Part shown: positions 1 to 16,262 of the stretch, in pieces
Numbering within the stretch: position 1 is the stretch's first letter
Layout: each line of letters opens with the position of its first letter
Assembly (NCBI RefSeq): GCF_009914755.1
Contig: NC_060933.1
Source of the DNA: the human T2T-CHM13v2.0 reference genome, Homo sapiens
Length of the DNA stretch: 64,000 nucleotides
Direction: 5' to 3' (one strand)
Notes under the pieces: model-generated
Told to the model about the DNA's origin: nothing
What the model saw: only the letters and a program-made list of their open reading frames with translations
The model's database searches: none
Made by a program: the position numbers and the translations under genes

Positions 1-1680
1 CTCTAGTTTGGCTGACTGTTTTAAATACAATTTTCCCCCTTTTTAGGTATTATAAGTAATCACAGTGAATCACACAGATCAAACTTAATTGTCTTTCCTA
101 TGGTCAGGATTTTTTTTTTTAATCTTATGATGAGATGTCATTTACACTCTTTGAGTTCCAGTTTCCTCACCCACTTGGCTCCCTCAGCCTGGAGATCCTG
201 CTCAGATGTTCGTGTATACCATGGTTCACTCTGTTCCGTGCCATGGACATGATCATACAGTAACACAGAAGAAAGGCAGTCAAACTCAGGTTTTGTTGTT
301 AATTTCCCACCTACTCCTCAGGAGAGCCACGCTGTTGCCAAGGCTGCAGGGTCCCCGCTGGACCCCCACTGGCCCACAGAGTCCAAGGGGTTTACTTCTG
401 GCCCTTTACAGAGCATGTGTGCAGAGCCCTGTCTTAGTGTATTAGACCCACTCCTTTTTCCACTATATTCAATACCAATCTAAGAAATCAGTTATTTTAA
501 ATAATTAATATTCACCACACTCAGAGGCCTGGAAGCCTTGAGCGAGTTAAGTAACTTCCTGCTCACCAGTTTCCTGTAGTCTGTCCCTGGAAACATTGAC
601 ACTCACCTTTATTATGTCTACCCTGTGCCCAGCACCTCCACAGGATATCAACTTGTTTAGTCTTCCCATCAGCCCTGGGAGGCAGATGTTGTTTCCTGAT
701 TTTGTGCACGAAGAAACTAGAACTCTAAGTAACTTGGCCAGGTCCATGGCTAGTACTGATTCTAGTTGAGAGCCAAGATACTCATTATTGTTTTTTTAAC
801 TACAAGAGATGAATCTCCATGTTTCACAGACTTTGGGGGCTTAAGGCCTGTAATGGTCATTTGGTGTTAAGTTAGAGCTGGGCAGAAACTTCTTTTCATG
901 GGTACTTTTAATATTTTTGAATTTTAAGTCTATCAAGGATCTGAATTTACGTTCAACCATGGATAGATAAATAGTTCAGTCATCTGTCAGTCTGTAAATG
1001 TTTCTGCCATGAGGACATTTTCTATCCTTTTTCTAAATAAGGGAAAGAGGTGGAATCAATATCATAAAGGGTTTTACTCCGCCCTTTGGAAGTTTCACTT
1101 CAACAGCAGAATTTGAGTATTTCATTCTTTTAAGTCAGCATCTTAGGAACATAGTAATTTATGGTATGTTTAAATGATGGCTTTGGAAGGCATAGTCAGT
1201 GTTGCTATTATGCAGAGCAATCAGATTGATTACTAAGTATTACCAGTTGTCAAAGCATAACTTAATTGTTTAAAAAATTTACTTAGCTTTCTGAGGTCCT
1301 TGTCAGAAATGTTAATAACATAAATGATTCCCTTTTACTTTTGTGACCCTGTATAAATCTTTTTCTGCTCAGTTTCTAAGTTTTTCTGTGAAAATCCTTA
1401 AATTTTGCAGGTTCCTTTCTTTTTTATTTAGGAGTAATGTCAACTTTGGATAATATCAACTCTTTGGGTAATATAACTCATAAGCTGAACCAGTTTTGAC
1501 TGGGAGATAAAGGAGATGGAACTCTTTATTCAAGAGACGTTTTAGCACCTACTTTGCACAAATTCAGGGGTTTAAGAAATGAGTTGTCTCTGTTAAGTTT
1601 TACAGTCTTTTTGGAGAAACAAGCTATACCGCTCAACCCAGCTACTGTACAGCACCCATATACACAAAAAAGTAATCAAT

Positions 1681-1772
1681 ACCTAACTAATAATTCCAGA
1701 TAATCATTATGTAGGACCTAACTAATAACACTAAAGAGATAATCACTACAGACCTACCTAATAATACCAGAT
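1681..1772. repeat. Degenerate 35-36 bp tandem repeat (about 2.6 copies)
   Basis: acctaactaataa...agataatca at 1681, 1716 and 1752. Confidence 0.75.
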
Positions 1773-4700
1773 CTGTCCTGGGTAGCGGCACAGGCACTGA
1801 ATAGCGGGGGTTTTGTGGGGCTGGGGGTCCTGAGGAGCTAGGCTTTTAGGTGCAGTTCATCCTGTGCTTGGAAGCTGGCTCTGTAAGGTGAAAGGCTCAA
1901 GTCAGATGGACACTGCAGTGAACTTGGCTTCTGTGTCCCTCCCTTGAAGTTGAGGATCGGAGCCCATCAGAGATTGGCTCAACTGCCCTTCTCTTGTAGG
2001 CCCCTTCAGGTATACTCCTTGCCTGTGCATTCAGCTTTGACCTCATACCTTCCCGTCTTTACTGTCCTCTCCTTGTCTTGCCTGACCCCCATGGTGACAC
2101 CCCAAGTTCAGCATTCTCTCACAGATGGCCCCTGGCTCTCAACTTCTTAGCAGCATTATGAGAATCAGAGCAGTTTCTTCTTTGGTCCCTTTTCTGTGTG
2201 CCCCTTATCTGACAAGATAACTATTCACTGAATTCCTTTTGATGTCTCTCGTATCTGTGCTGTGAAGGCTCTCACTCTCTAGATTTTTGCAGTGAGTAAT
2301 TCTTTTTCCTTTCTTAAACTGCTGCTTTCATGGAACACTTCTTGCTTCAGCATTTTTCAGTGGTATGCTGCATTTCTCATCGCCTTGAATCTGGTCTAAT
2401 TCCTGGCCTGAGGAGCCCTCGTCTTGCCTCTCCTTTCCTGCCATAGTGAGGCTAGACTCCTGACCAATAAGCCCAGACGTGAGTCCCTCCATCTGCTTCC
2501 CTCACTGATTCACATTCCTGTTTCAAGGTCCATTGATCTTTCTCCTCTGAACTACGTGTATGTGTTGTATGGTTTAGTGTTAATTATATCCTGTATTATA
2601 TCACAGTCATCTTCTGTTACTCCCCACCTAAATTAGTAAAATTAGAGAAACCATTTTTGCCTGAAGCACTATGCCTAACACAAATATGCTGCCAAAAATT
2701 TGGGGTTTTATCCTTTAGCTATATACCTGTAATTTGTGGCTTAAATTTTCATATACTTATGCCGAGTCTAAAATAATCTTAAAACAAACATTGTCATAAT
2801 TTGTTAACATTTCCAAGTCACTTTAAAGATTTATACTACATATTATTAAACAGTTACTGGAATAATTATGTGTGAGTGGGAATAATCGTCTTGATGACCC
2901 CTGGAGGTGTCCGTGACAACTAGAGGACACTGTGCATATTTCAACTGTACAACATTGTGGGTAGTTTCTTTGTGTTTTAATGAAAGCAGTCATCTTACGG
3001 AGTAATTAACTTTGACTTAATGAGAATGGCTTCTAAGGAGATGTACGTGGAGCCATTTGATGATGCCATTTGAAGGAGAGGTGGTTTTGAGTATCTTTCT
3101 CCCCTCGTTGGTAACACCTGCCATACCACATGCCCTATACCCTCCGGTTGAGCATCAGCCGCCCAGGTTCGGACCTTTTATTAGGCAGCCTGCCACTCTT
3201 GGGTCCCCTAGACTTTCCATCCAAATTCTAAGGGAGAGACAGCTTGGTTCAGCAGGAGGAGCACCAGCCTCAGAGTCAGAAGATGCAGGGGAAGTCCAGA
3301 CTCAGCCACATATTCCCTGTTGTTCTCATGTGCCACCTGCCCTCACTGAGCCCCAGCATCATCACCTGCCCTGCAAGGAGGTTGGTGAGCTTGCAGCACT
3401 GTGCTCGTTCCTACAGAAGCTTGTCGACTAGCCATTTAAGGCGGTCAGGGGCCCAGCAGTCTGCTCAGGGCTAATCTCACCCCACTGCACTGGTGCTCAG
3501 AAGGAAAAACAGGCAGCCTCTTCCTAAGGCCAAGCCTCTTCAGCCTGGATGCTCCAGGAATGTAGCTGGAGCTGGAGAAAGGGAAGAGAAGGCTGCATGT
3601 TCTTGATGGATTTTAAAACCTAGTGTGTCATTTAGATAGTACCTAGTTTGTTGATTGTAAGAAGAAAAGGGGGATGGGAGTGAACACTTTCTGATGAGAG
3701 CAAAGCTGCTTTGTTTGAAGAGAGAGGTCTGTTCACTTCCTTATCAGTGACATGAAACCCCTAATGAACCCTGTCTGAAAACCACTGATCTGTTCCAAAC
3801 ATGTTATTTTATAATTGAATCAAATGAATCCCAAAGAAGTAAAATGACTGCATAATTATTGAAGAACAAGATGGGCTCCCAAGTCTCTTGGTTCCTGGTG
3901 TAGTTATTTCATTATACCAGGTTCTGTATGTCTTTCACTAAATAATTTCTTTAGTGCTGCTTATAATATTCTTATTGATAATAAGCCAAATCTCAAAATT
4001 ATACTGTTCCTTGTATATATATACAAAGACAAGACACACCATTAATATTTTTAGATCATGGCTAGACCAGGACTTCTTTAGTGTATATGTGTGTTAGTAA
4101 TTATAGTGTAATTTTTGAAGCCAAACAGAACATCTGTTTTTTAGTACATTATATTGTGAAGAGTGTTTGCTATAAGGACATTTATCACTTTTTTATGGAA
4201 TTAAAACTTCCCATCTAGAACATCATGAAATTTCAGGGCTGAACAAGTTCCATGCTAGCCATATTTTAAAAATTATAAAATCAGTAGAAATAAGTACAAC
4301 TTCCACTTAAGAAAAAAGCTTCAATCAGTCATTCTGATTTTCATTTTTTTCTTGGGATTCTGCAGCCAGAGCAGAGTTGAGAAGCGACATACACAGCAAG
4401 CCCACAGTGCGTCTGCTCCACAGGCACCGGTCTGGATCTGCTGTTAATCCAGGCCGTTGAGGGTGGCCGTAGTCTCCTGGCGGCCCTCAGGCCCCAGTGT
4501 GCTCGTCGCATTGTCACCCATTTTTCTGACTGCACAGCACTTGCCTGCTTACTTGTCTGTTTGATTTCCTGCTTATTGCCTCTACCAGAGAGGAAAGGCC
4601 ACATCTGATCTGTTTGTCACTGTCTCTAGAACAGCATCTGAAACACAGCTGAATAAAGTCAGAGTAAGAAATGAATGAATGAATCGTTTAGTATCTGTCT

Positions 4701-5125
4701 CTGTGTCATCCCAAGATGCTAGTTCTGCTGACTCATCTTATTCAGTTTGAGCCCCCTTTAATACTAATTTTGTTTACAGCTTAGATTGCCTTAAACCATT
4801 TATGTCAATGTGTTTATATTCATACATCAATAAGTGTTGCACAAGGGTTGTTAAATGGATGTGTAACCCTATCTTCTTGTTTTTACCTGTCTCTTAAAGT
4901 CAACCTGGCCACTTTAAAATTAGTAATGCACCTTCATTCCTAAACTGATTATGAAGCTCAACTTTTGTTCCATAAAATTCTAGTTTTCTTCCTAACAACC
5001 TGCTATAAGTCTTTGACTCTTGAGTCTAACAGTTATCTTCATATTATTATTGTTGTTCATGTTATAATCTCTGAATCCTACCTATTAAGAAAGTAGGCTT
5101 AGAAGTAACATTATGGAATAAGTCT

Positions 5126-5419
<294 letters not shown>

Positions 5420-5854
5420 TAACATTATGGAATAAGTCAAACTTTTCACACTCATGAAACTGAAAGTCACCCATGAAATTGTCAATTGTGGTTGGCTATG
5501 CTGGTTCCTCTCAGTTTTATATGAGATAATAACTGCATTCATCATCCACACCATACTTTCCAAAATGCTTTACATTCTTTTCTAGTTCTTATAATAGCTT
5601 TGTGAAGTGGGGATGGAAGGTTCCTAGAGTGGTGAAAGAACTATTAAATGATTAAATAACTAAAGCTTAAAAAATTAGAGAAACCTATGCAATGAGGCCA
5701 ACACTGGCACTTAAGTTCCTAGCCAAGACATAAAACTGAGAGTAACAAAAGAAGTCAACATAGTTTCTATATGTGTCTTATAAATTACTTTAGCAATACA
5801 AAGATAAAAATCATTATGTTAGAAAATTTTAATATATGATTTTGGTAGGGCCAA

Positions 5855-6813
5855 TACATAGTAAAGACATAGCTTTATTTCAATTGAACCGAATAAAATG
5901 ATGTATTTCAGTAAATTAAGGCAAAGGAGATAGATGCTATGACCAGTGGTGCAAAATTTTTCAAAAATTTATACATTAGATTTACCTTTACAAGGTTATA
6001 GTCAAGAATAATTAATTTGTATTTTAAGCAAACTCTACTGCTTTTCAAAAAATGTCTTAATCTTGAGTGAGGAATAGTGAAGGTAATCTTAATATACTGT
6101 TTAACTTTAAAAAATAATTTTAGAATTATAGAAAAGTTTCAAAAAGAGTATAGAATTTATGCACACCCTTCTGCCAGCTTTCCTTAATGTTAACAATGTA
6201 CATAACCATAATATGATTTTCAAAACCAGGAAATTAACATTACAGTAGTGTTTTAATTTTACACATGTAATTAATGGAAGAAATGAAAGCTACCCCAATA
6301 TTCAGTTATATTTATACCAGTAATTATAGCACAGGACCTTATAAGAAATTAACAAATTATTGTTTTAATAATAAACAACACTTATTCATAAATTCTGCCT
6401 GCTTTTTTTGTTGTCATTATGCTTCTTAATCTTGAACCAAAAGATACATAATTTTTAAAGGGACTTACAGAGTTCTCAGCTAACACCAGTATTCAAGTTG
6501 ATTATAAAGGCTGTGTTTATTTTGTTCCAGACTCTTCTGGTCTAGCTCAGTATGCATAATATCCTATTCTAGTGAGATGGCCTCTTTCTAGAGGTAGGAA
6601 ACTGAGAGATTTTACCTTTACTATTAATAAAACTCCTAGAGACTATACCTTTTAGGTATATTTTGGTTGTTCATCTGTGTGTTAGTGAATCAGGTTGACT
6701 AGCATATAATGATACTGAGTATAACAGGAGGATTATGTCTCTCTTATTAATGACAAATGCAGCTACTACAAATACATGAGTAAAGTTTATAAACAGCAAA
6801 GGAAAACTTGGAA
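5855..6813 (-). other. ECM2: ECM2 3' UTR (distal end approximate)
   Basis: AT-rich sequence after the stop codon, running to an AATAAA at 5879-5874. Confidence 0.65.
5874..5879 (-). terminator. Candidate ECM2 polyadenylation signal AATAAA
   Basis: Plus-strand TTTATT about 0.94 kb downstream of the stop codon. Confidence 0.6.
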
Positions 6814-7005
<192 letters not shown>

Positions 7006-7612
7006 TCACACATGGTCCCAGTAATAATCTGCCTTTAGGAGTTAAGTTTAACATTTGTTAAAAAAATTTTGTTCTTAAAATAAAGTTGGATCCTTATAGA
7101 CCAGAATAAATTCCAACTACGTCAGAGATTCAAATGTGAAAGATGAAGCCATAGAAGCACTAGAACAGACTGTGGTCACACCCTCTGACTCGGGAGATTC
7201 TTTCTGTATGTGATTTGAAAACCAGAAGCACTGAATGAAAAGATTTAAAATTTACTGCAGGTTTTAAAAAGAAAGTGCAAAGTTAAACAACATGACAAAG
7301 AAGGAGAAAGTAACTTATATCGCAGATACAAAGGCTTCCTAAGAATCTAGGAGGAAAATGGAAAATGCTCAGTTTCATTCAGAAGAGAAATGTAAATTGA
7401 AACTTTACTGGCATACCACTTTTTATTTATAAGGTTTGCAAAAAAAAAAAAAAATCCAGAAGCTCATTAACATATTCTAATAGTGAGCCTGGACCGATCA
7501 AATACCACTGAAGAGAATGCAAAATGGTGCGCCACCTCTGGAGAGGAATTTGGCAATATCTAGTAAAATTACATACACACTTTACCCTTTGCACTCTGCA
7601 TTCCCACTCCTA

Positions 7613-8624
<1,012 letters not shown>

Positions 8625-8807
8625 ATATATAGAGAGAAAACTGCCCTTTTGTGTAATAATTTGTATAATAATTATGGATGGGGATGGGGAAATATGTATA
8701 TGTATGTAGGCTTTTGTTTGCAAAAATAAATACTGGAAGGATAAACTAGAAATTTAAAAATTTAACCTATGGGAAGGATCATATAGTGTATAAAAGACAA
8801 TCATAGA

Positions 8808-8967
8808 CGTTGGGGGAGGGATAGCATTAGGAGGTATACCTAATATTAAATGAAGAGTTAATGGGTACAGCACACCAACATGGCACATGTATATATATGT
8901 AACAAACCTGCACGTTGTGCACATGTACCCTAAAAGTATAGTAAAAAGAAAATATATATATATTAAA
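8808..8967 (+). mobile_element. 5'-truncated L1PA 3' end with 16-bp TSD
   Basis: gggagggatagcattagga...gcacaccaacatggcacatgta...; TSD aaaagacaatcataga at 8792 and 8968. Confidence 0.88.
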
Positions 8968-10681
8968 AAAAGACAATCATAGAAGTAAGACTTCTCTTAA
9001 TTCAACTTCTTACACAGTTTTGACTTTGGAATTAAAAATATTTAACACAGTCAAAAATAATATTAATTCAAAAAGAAAAGAGCAATTTCTAAAAACCAAA
9101 AATAAACTAAATAACATGTCTGAATATTAAGTTGTTGACATATTACAGAGGAAACCACTGTATTTCAGCTGTACTTCTTTAGTGGAACTTATCCTAAAGA
9201 CAAATAGAGCTACCAAAAAATAATAAACTTCAAGCTTTTATTATGAGCAGTAATAATGATGTCATTTTGAAACAATTGTTTACATATTGTAAGATCATCC
9301 AAGTTAATATTGTTGGGAACTTAGATTTTCAGTGTAAGAGAAACAAGTTTTAATAAAAGGAATTAATATTCAATTATGTTAAATTTGATTTGGGAATGTC
9401 AGTCTGAACTTACTTTCTTTTCAAAATACGGAATTTCCTGGCAGTCCACTGAAAGGCCTCAAAACAATAGCAACACAATTGAAAGGACCACGTCTCGTTC
9501 CCACTTGGGGCTTCTCAATACTATTCCCCAAAGAAAGAGGCCAAGCTCTTTGGAGGAAGGTCTGCAGTAGGTAATGCAGAAAGTAAGCCTGAGGCCCACG
9601 TGTGCCCAAAAGCAAGTGAGCAGACACAAGAGCCAGTTTGAATGGCGACCATTGTCCAGATGACTGCAATTGATTGAAACATAACTGCTTACATGAAAGC
9701 CTAAGTATATATTGATTCACCAGAAAAAGAGAGAACCCTAAAACAAAATAAAGCAAAAACATTCAGGCTCCAACTTCTTACTCCCACTGGTGGTTTAAAG
9801 GAAAGAACTGAGCTTTTTTCTTTCCTTTCAAAGTGACAAAGCAGCCCTAGTTGATGAGCAAAAAATTTTTTACAGAGGAATTCCAGCTAATGAGCATGAG
9901 AAGCATGGCAAAAATAGAAATTCATCATTTTGTTACCTCTAATGAAATAAGAATTCAAACAACATTCATCTGTGAGTGAAACCATTGGTTCAATGATGGA
10001 GGAGTAAATTTGTCTTAGGAGATACCAGGCTGTGACCACTTCAATCCAGTGATCAATTTTAGAATCAAAAAAGGTGGGACAAACATTAGACGCCTTCTGA
10101 TGCAATGCAGTATGAAGCATATGGCACAACCTGTGAAGTATTTTTGCCAAAAAATTTTGAAACTGAATTTTACAAAGTCTTCCCAAACCCCCATCTCTTC
10201 CTCCAGTACCTTTAAAAACACGAACTTTTCTGTGTTTTTGTTTTGTCTTTGTAGGCATTTAGTTTATTTGGACTTTTAGAGAAGGGGAAAGACTAAGAGG
10301 CATAATTCTCAGGGACAGAACAACAAGGTTATTGTCTCCCTCACTGCCAATGATAAAGACCTTACTAACAAAATATTCTGGATTAATTCTCAAGACACTC
10401 ATGCCATCTAGGCAGGAGTGATGATTCAGTATATAAGCTGAACACATGCAGAAAAATGTGTTCCCAAAAGTAGGGAAAGTGAGTCTTAATAAATGTATTC
10501 AGAAATCTGACTTCAGAAAAAACTAGATAGAAGCAGTTTTAATTTTAGCATATATTTACGTTTTATGCTTTATAGATTAGTTTTATTTATTTATACATGG
10601 AGGTAGGAGTAGTAACATAATCTATTGCTTTGAAGACTCATTTGAACCTCTCTCTAAAGTTCTAAGTGTTATATATAATAA

Positions 10682-10981
<300 letters not shown>

Positions 10982-11224
10982 AAAAGATGTTTTAACTATG
11001 GAAATTTATAAACATGTGCAAAAGTAGGAAAAGCTTATAATGAATCCTCACATACCTGTCATCCACCTTTGGTAATTACTAACATTTGCCAATCTTGTTT
11101 AATCCAACCCCTTAGCACCATTTTTTTTTCCCTTAACGTAAATCCCAGAGATCATGTCATGGTTGTTTTATCATATATTTTGCCAACCAAAATTTAAACA
11201 GATACTTGAAAAAGCCAAAATTTA

Positions 11225-11587
<363 letters not shown>

Positions 11588-13010
11588 TCAGGATGGTGAT
11601 CATCAGCTCTAAATTTTGATAAGGCCAGTCTCGATGCTGGTCCATTTTCCTATAAGCACCCAGTTTGTAGTGATGATTCCAAATAGGAACTTTTCCAGGT
11701 ATAGCCAGCCCTAGTCTCTTGCACCAAGCTGCATGTCCTTACCAGGGTGCCATACTGCCTCCCAGCTATGTGAGTCCATGCGAGAGGAGCATCAAAGACT
11801 AGGAGGGAAAAACTCATATCCCTAGAGGCAATACTGAGGCCCAAAGACTAAAATATCTGTACGGTTGATGCGTTGAATCCAAAATGAAATCCCGTGAATC
11901 CCAGCATGCATCTAAATGCCTATCTGTAAAGTTGTCTCTGGTTCCAGCAAGGAAGTTTGGTTTGTTTTGGCTTGTTTTGGTTCCCCTTCCCCTACATTTT
12001 CATTCCACATTTGATTTGATGACCTGGCACACCTGGGACTTGAGGCGAGCCTGAGGGAATCTAGAAAATGCTGTTAATCATCTAGAAGATCTGGGGAACG
12101 TGGTGAACTCACTGGCTTGTTTCAGGAACCCCACCTGAGTCTCCTAAGGCTTCTGCCCCACGCCCTCTTTTCACCTGATGAAGACTTCTCTGCCTACAGT
12201 GGGCTCAGTGCCACATGCTGCTGAGCCCAATTGGCCTCTCCATCCTGCTTCTGAATGACACGTGTCCCAGGCTGTGCTACTTAGGCACATAGTTCCAGGA
12301 CACGCAATCCCAGATCCCAGTTGTCTGCTGGATTTGCTGCAGGGCTTGCTTCTGACTCCCTCCCCCTTCACTGAAAGCTATAGCCAGAGGCTGCTGATTC
12401 TTGTCCAGGAAGACAGAGTCTACTTTTGGCCTGCACTGTTAGGCCAAGCATTCTTCAGTCTATTTTGTAAGAGTTGAGGTGAAGAAATAGTTTGGAGAAA
12501 AGAAGGCTGTGTAGTGTAGGAGAACAGGCCTGGGCTCTGGAGCCTGGTGCTTCCACCTAATGATGATGAGGAGAAGGAGTATGGCAGATTTCTTTCTCAC
12601 TGTGTGCAGGGGAATAATCCTTCATTCAAACCTCCTGACAACCTGTGAGGTAGACAGAGCTAGAGTGGCATTTGACCACTAGTGGGCAGACCTCGAAGTC
12701 AGACAGCTGGGGCTCAGTTCTTGCTAGCTCAGCACTTGGCATATGATAGGGTGTCCAGTATGCAGTATGGTGACAACAACAGTAGTTACTGCAATAATCC
12801 TAACACCAGTCATGCAGCGCACAGGTTGGAAACTGCATGAAGTAGCCCACTTTGGGGATAGGGTAAGGGTTCACTAAGAAACGATTCTGTCTCCGAGCCC
12901 TTCAGTATCGTCACCTCCCTCACTTATCCCATTCCCAGTTTCCATACTCTGTTTAATAATAGCGAGAGGAAGAAATAGTTCAATAAAATTTAAATTGTAG
13001 CATGTACTTA

Positions 13011-13151
<141 letters not shown>

Positions 13152-13304
13152 CTATAATTAAGAGAGAAGACTATTATTTTTCTTTTGTGTTAGTTGATAC
13201 GTTCAATTTCATGGAGACTAAAATAGTGACATAGACTATTATCATTAGTATTATCTAAAGAGTCTTACTGCTCTTTCAAGTAAGCTCATATTTTTAAGTT
13301 GTCT

Positions 13305-13584
13305 TTTTTTTTTTTTTTTTTTTTGAGACAGGGTCTCACTTTGTCACGCAGGATGGAGTGCAGTGGCACAAACATGGCTCACTGCAGCCTTGACCTCCCA
13401 GGCTCAAGTGATCCTACCACCTCAGTCCCACAAGTGACTGAGACTACAGGTATGCGCCATGAAGCCTGGCTAATTTTTGTATTTTTTGTAGAGACAGGGT
13501 CTCACCATGTTGCTCAGGCTGGTCTCGAACTCCTAAGCTCAAGTGATCTACCCGCCTCGGCCTCCCAAAGTGCTGGAATTACAG
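13305..13584 (-). mobile_element. Alu (AluJ-like)
   Basis: Poly-T then gagacagggtctcact... Confidence 0.92.
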
Positions 13585-15050
13585 GAAAGTTGTCAAATTT
13601 TATAACTAATTAGTAAAATAAAACACACTGCCATGGTTATGGAATCAAATGAATTTTATTTAAAATGTATTAGCTATAATATGTTGCAAGAAATGGCATA
13701 CCAAAATAATTATACAAGGCTCTCTATTTTATAAAACTTATTCACATAAATTATCTCATTTGGGCTTAAAAACTGTGAAAAGTAGACAGATATTTTAATC
13801 TCTACTTACCAGTGGAGTTAAGTTGGGCCTGGAGAGACAGGGAAGCCCACCCGTGGTTACATGACTAATGCTGAGAGGGGCTTGTCCTAGCCGAGCCTCC
13901 AGCTCCCAGGCTGCCTGTTTCCTACTATTTCATGTGGTCTATAATATTTTAGGCTCATGTTTTTAGATTTGCTTTTGTTATAATTAATTAAAGTTAATTA
14001 ACAGCCTTAATTTACAACCAAGGAGAAGTTTTCTAGAACTGTTAATAAGTTTTTAATAGCTAGCTGCCTTCAAGTTAAGTTTAGTTGGCATTAGAGGGAG
14101 TTTTTCACTAAAGGATCTGCATTATAAAAATTCTCCTTGTTCTCTTGTTAGAATTCAGAGGTAAAACTGGCATATATCTTTAGTGTCACCTTCTATTCCA
14201 CCTGTGAGAATTTCCCTCTTTGTTAATTTTGGTATTTGTTAGAAATTAGTAAAACAATTTTCAACTTTTTGCTTTTACCTGCATATGTATTTAGGAGGTG
14301 AGCTAGATCAGTAAGAGACTAGTCAAATAAATCCTGGCACACCTGTCCATATGTTGAAAACTCTGCAGCTGTAGGAAAGAATGACATGAGACAGCCTTGA
14401 GGCTGCATGGTTAAGTGAGGCAGGTGTACAGCAGTGGCTTTAGAAGGATTTGTAGTATGTGCCACGCATTTGTGCGCTTGTATGCCCAGTGCTTTCCAGA
14501 CTGGTAGGAGTGGATCCCTCTGGAGAGAGAGAAGTCAGTATGGGAAGCTCAGGCTCACAGTGGGGCAGATTGCTCTTTTGTATTATCCTCATTGTGTATG
14601 TATGTGTTTTAACATGTGTATGCATTATCTATTTAAATTTTAATTTTTTAATTATTCATTTCTGGCCCTGTCCCACAAAGAATCTGACTTAGCATATCTG
14701 GGGTAGGTCCAAGAGTCTGTATTTCTTAAGAACCCAGGAGATTCTGATGGAAAGCCAGCCTACTGATAAATGTCAGTGTTACATAACTCTGTCACTTAAT
14801 CTGGAAATAGGAAGAAGAGGAAGGGTGGTAGCCATGACAGCCACATAAGATCACAATAGATGACCCTCTTTTCTGGCTTGCTGGGGCTGCAGCCGGAGAA
14901 TGCTCCATCCTGACTTCTGGCTGGATGATCATGTGGTCTAGGAGAAACGGAGCTTAGTAAGGAAACCTGGGTTCCCACGGGGTCTGCCAGTATGTATAGA
15001 CTCTCTGGACCTCAGTGTTCTTTTTGGCAGGCAGGGTGGGGTGTGGTTTG

Positions 15051-15335
15051 TAGAGACAGGGTCTCTCTGTGTTGCCCAGGCTGGAGTGTAGTGGTACGAT
15101 CCTAGCTTACTGCAGCCTCAAACTCCTGGGCTCAAGTGATCCTCCACCTCAGCCTCCTGAGCAGCTACGACTACAGGTGTGCACCACCATGACTGGCTAT
15201 TTTTTTTTAATATATCTTTTAGAGACAAGGTCTCACTATGTTGCCCAGGCTACTCTCAAACTCCTGGCCTCAAGCCATCTTCCTGCCTCAGCCTCCCAGA
15301 GTGCTGGGATTACTGGCGTGAGCCACTGCACGGTC
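15051..15335 (-). mobile_element. Alu (AluJ-like)
   Basis: gagacagggtctc...gtgagccactgc. Confidence 0.9.
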
Positions 15336-15959
15336 CACCTCAGTGTTTTTAACGCAGGAAATGAGGGGTGTTGACATTCATCAGCCAAAGACCCCCAGGA
15401 GCACATCCTGCAGCAAGGAGACCACACATCTGGGGACCTGTGGGGCATCTCTAGAGGATAATGAAGCAAGGCTGGGGTTTGGGGCCTGGAGTTAGTCACA
15501 GGACAGTTTTGGTAGGAACTGGGTGAAAACTTGTAAGCTACAGAGTTGCTGAAACAGTCAGAGGCCTTCTTTGTACAACACTTGTATCCATGCAAGTTAC
15601 TGTTAGGTCAGAGTGTCTGTGGTTTTGCCTGGAATTTGTGAGTGGACACTCTGTTACGGTTAATACCTGTTTGAGCTTCTGTGATAAGCGTCACATTTCT
15701 AGATTGGGGCAGTTTACACTGTCTTGAGAGTCAGAGTACCTCATGGAAGTTGTGGTTTCATTTAAATTCTCAATTCATTTCTCCCATTTCCCCCAAGAGC
15801 TATCAGAAGTACCATTTTTCACTGTATCAGGTGTCTCTACTAGTAATTATAATTTCGATTCAGAATTTTGTATTGCTTGAAGAAAAAACAATGCTTAAAT
15901 TACAGGAAATTCTGTATACAGCATGAAACTAGAGTTTAATTTACATCACAATAGTCTTA

Positions 15960-16262
<303 letters not shown>

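Noticed and set aside
1681-1772. Repeat-spacer-like pattern of acctaactaataa every 35-36 bp (CRISPR-like look)
   Set aside because: Eukaryotic context, only about 2.6 copies, and the 'spacers' are homologous to each other. It is a degenerate tandem repeat.
3005-3018. 14-bp inverted match (AAGTCAAAGTTAAT) to 19788-19801, resembling a nuclear-receptor DR1
   Set aside because: A 14-bp AT-rich match between two arbitrary positions in 64 kb is expected by chance and the flanks do not extend it.
3057-3474. 124-aa and 76-aa plus-strand ORFs
   Set aside because: No recognisable homology or convincing splice structure.
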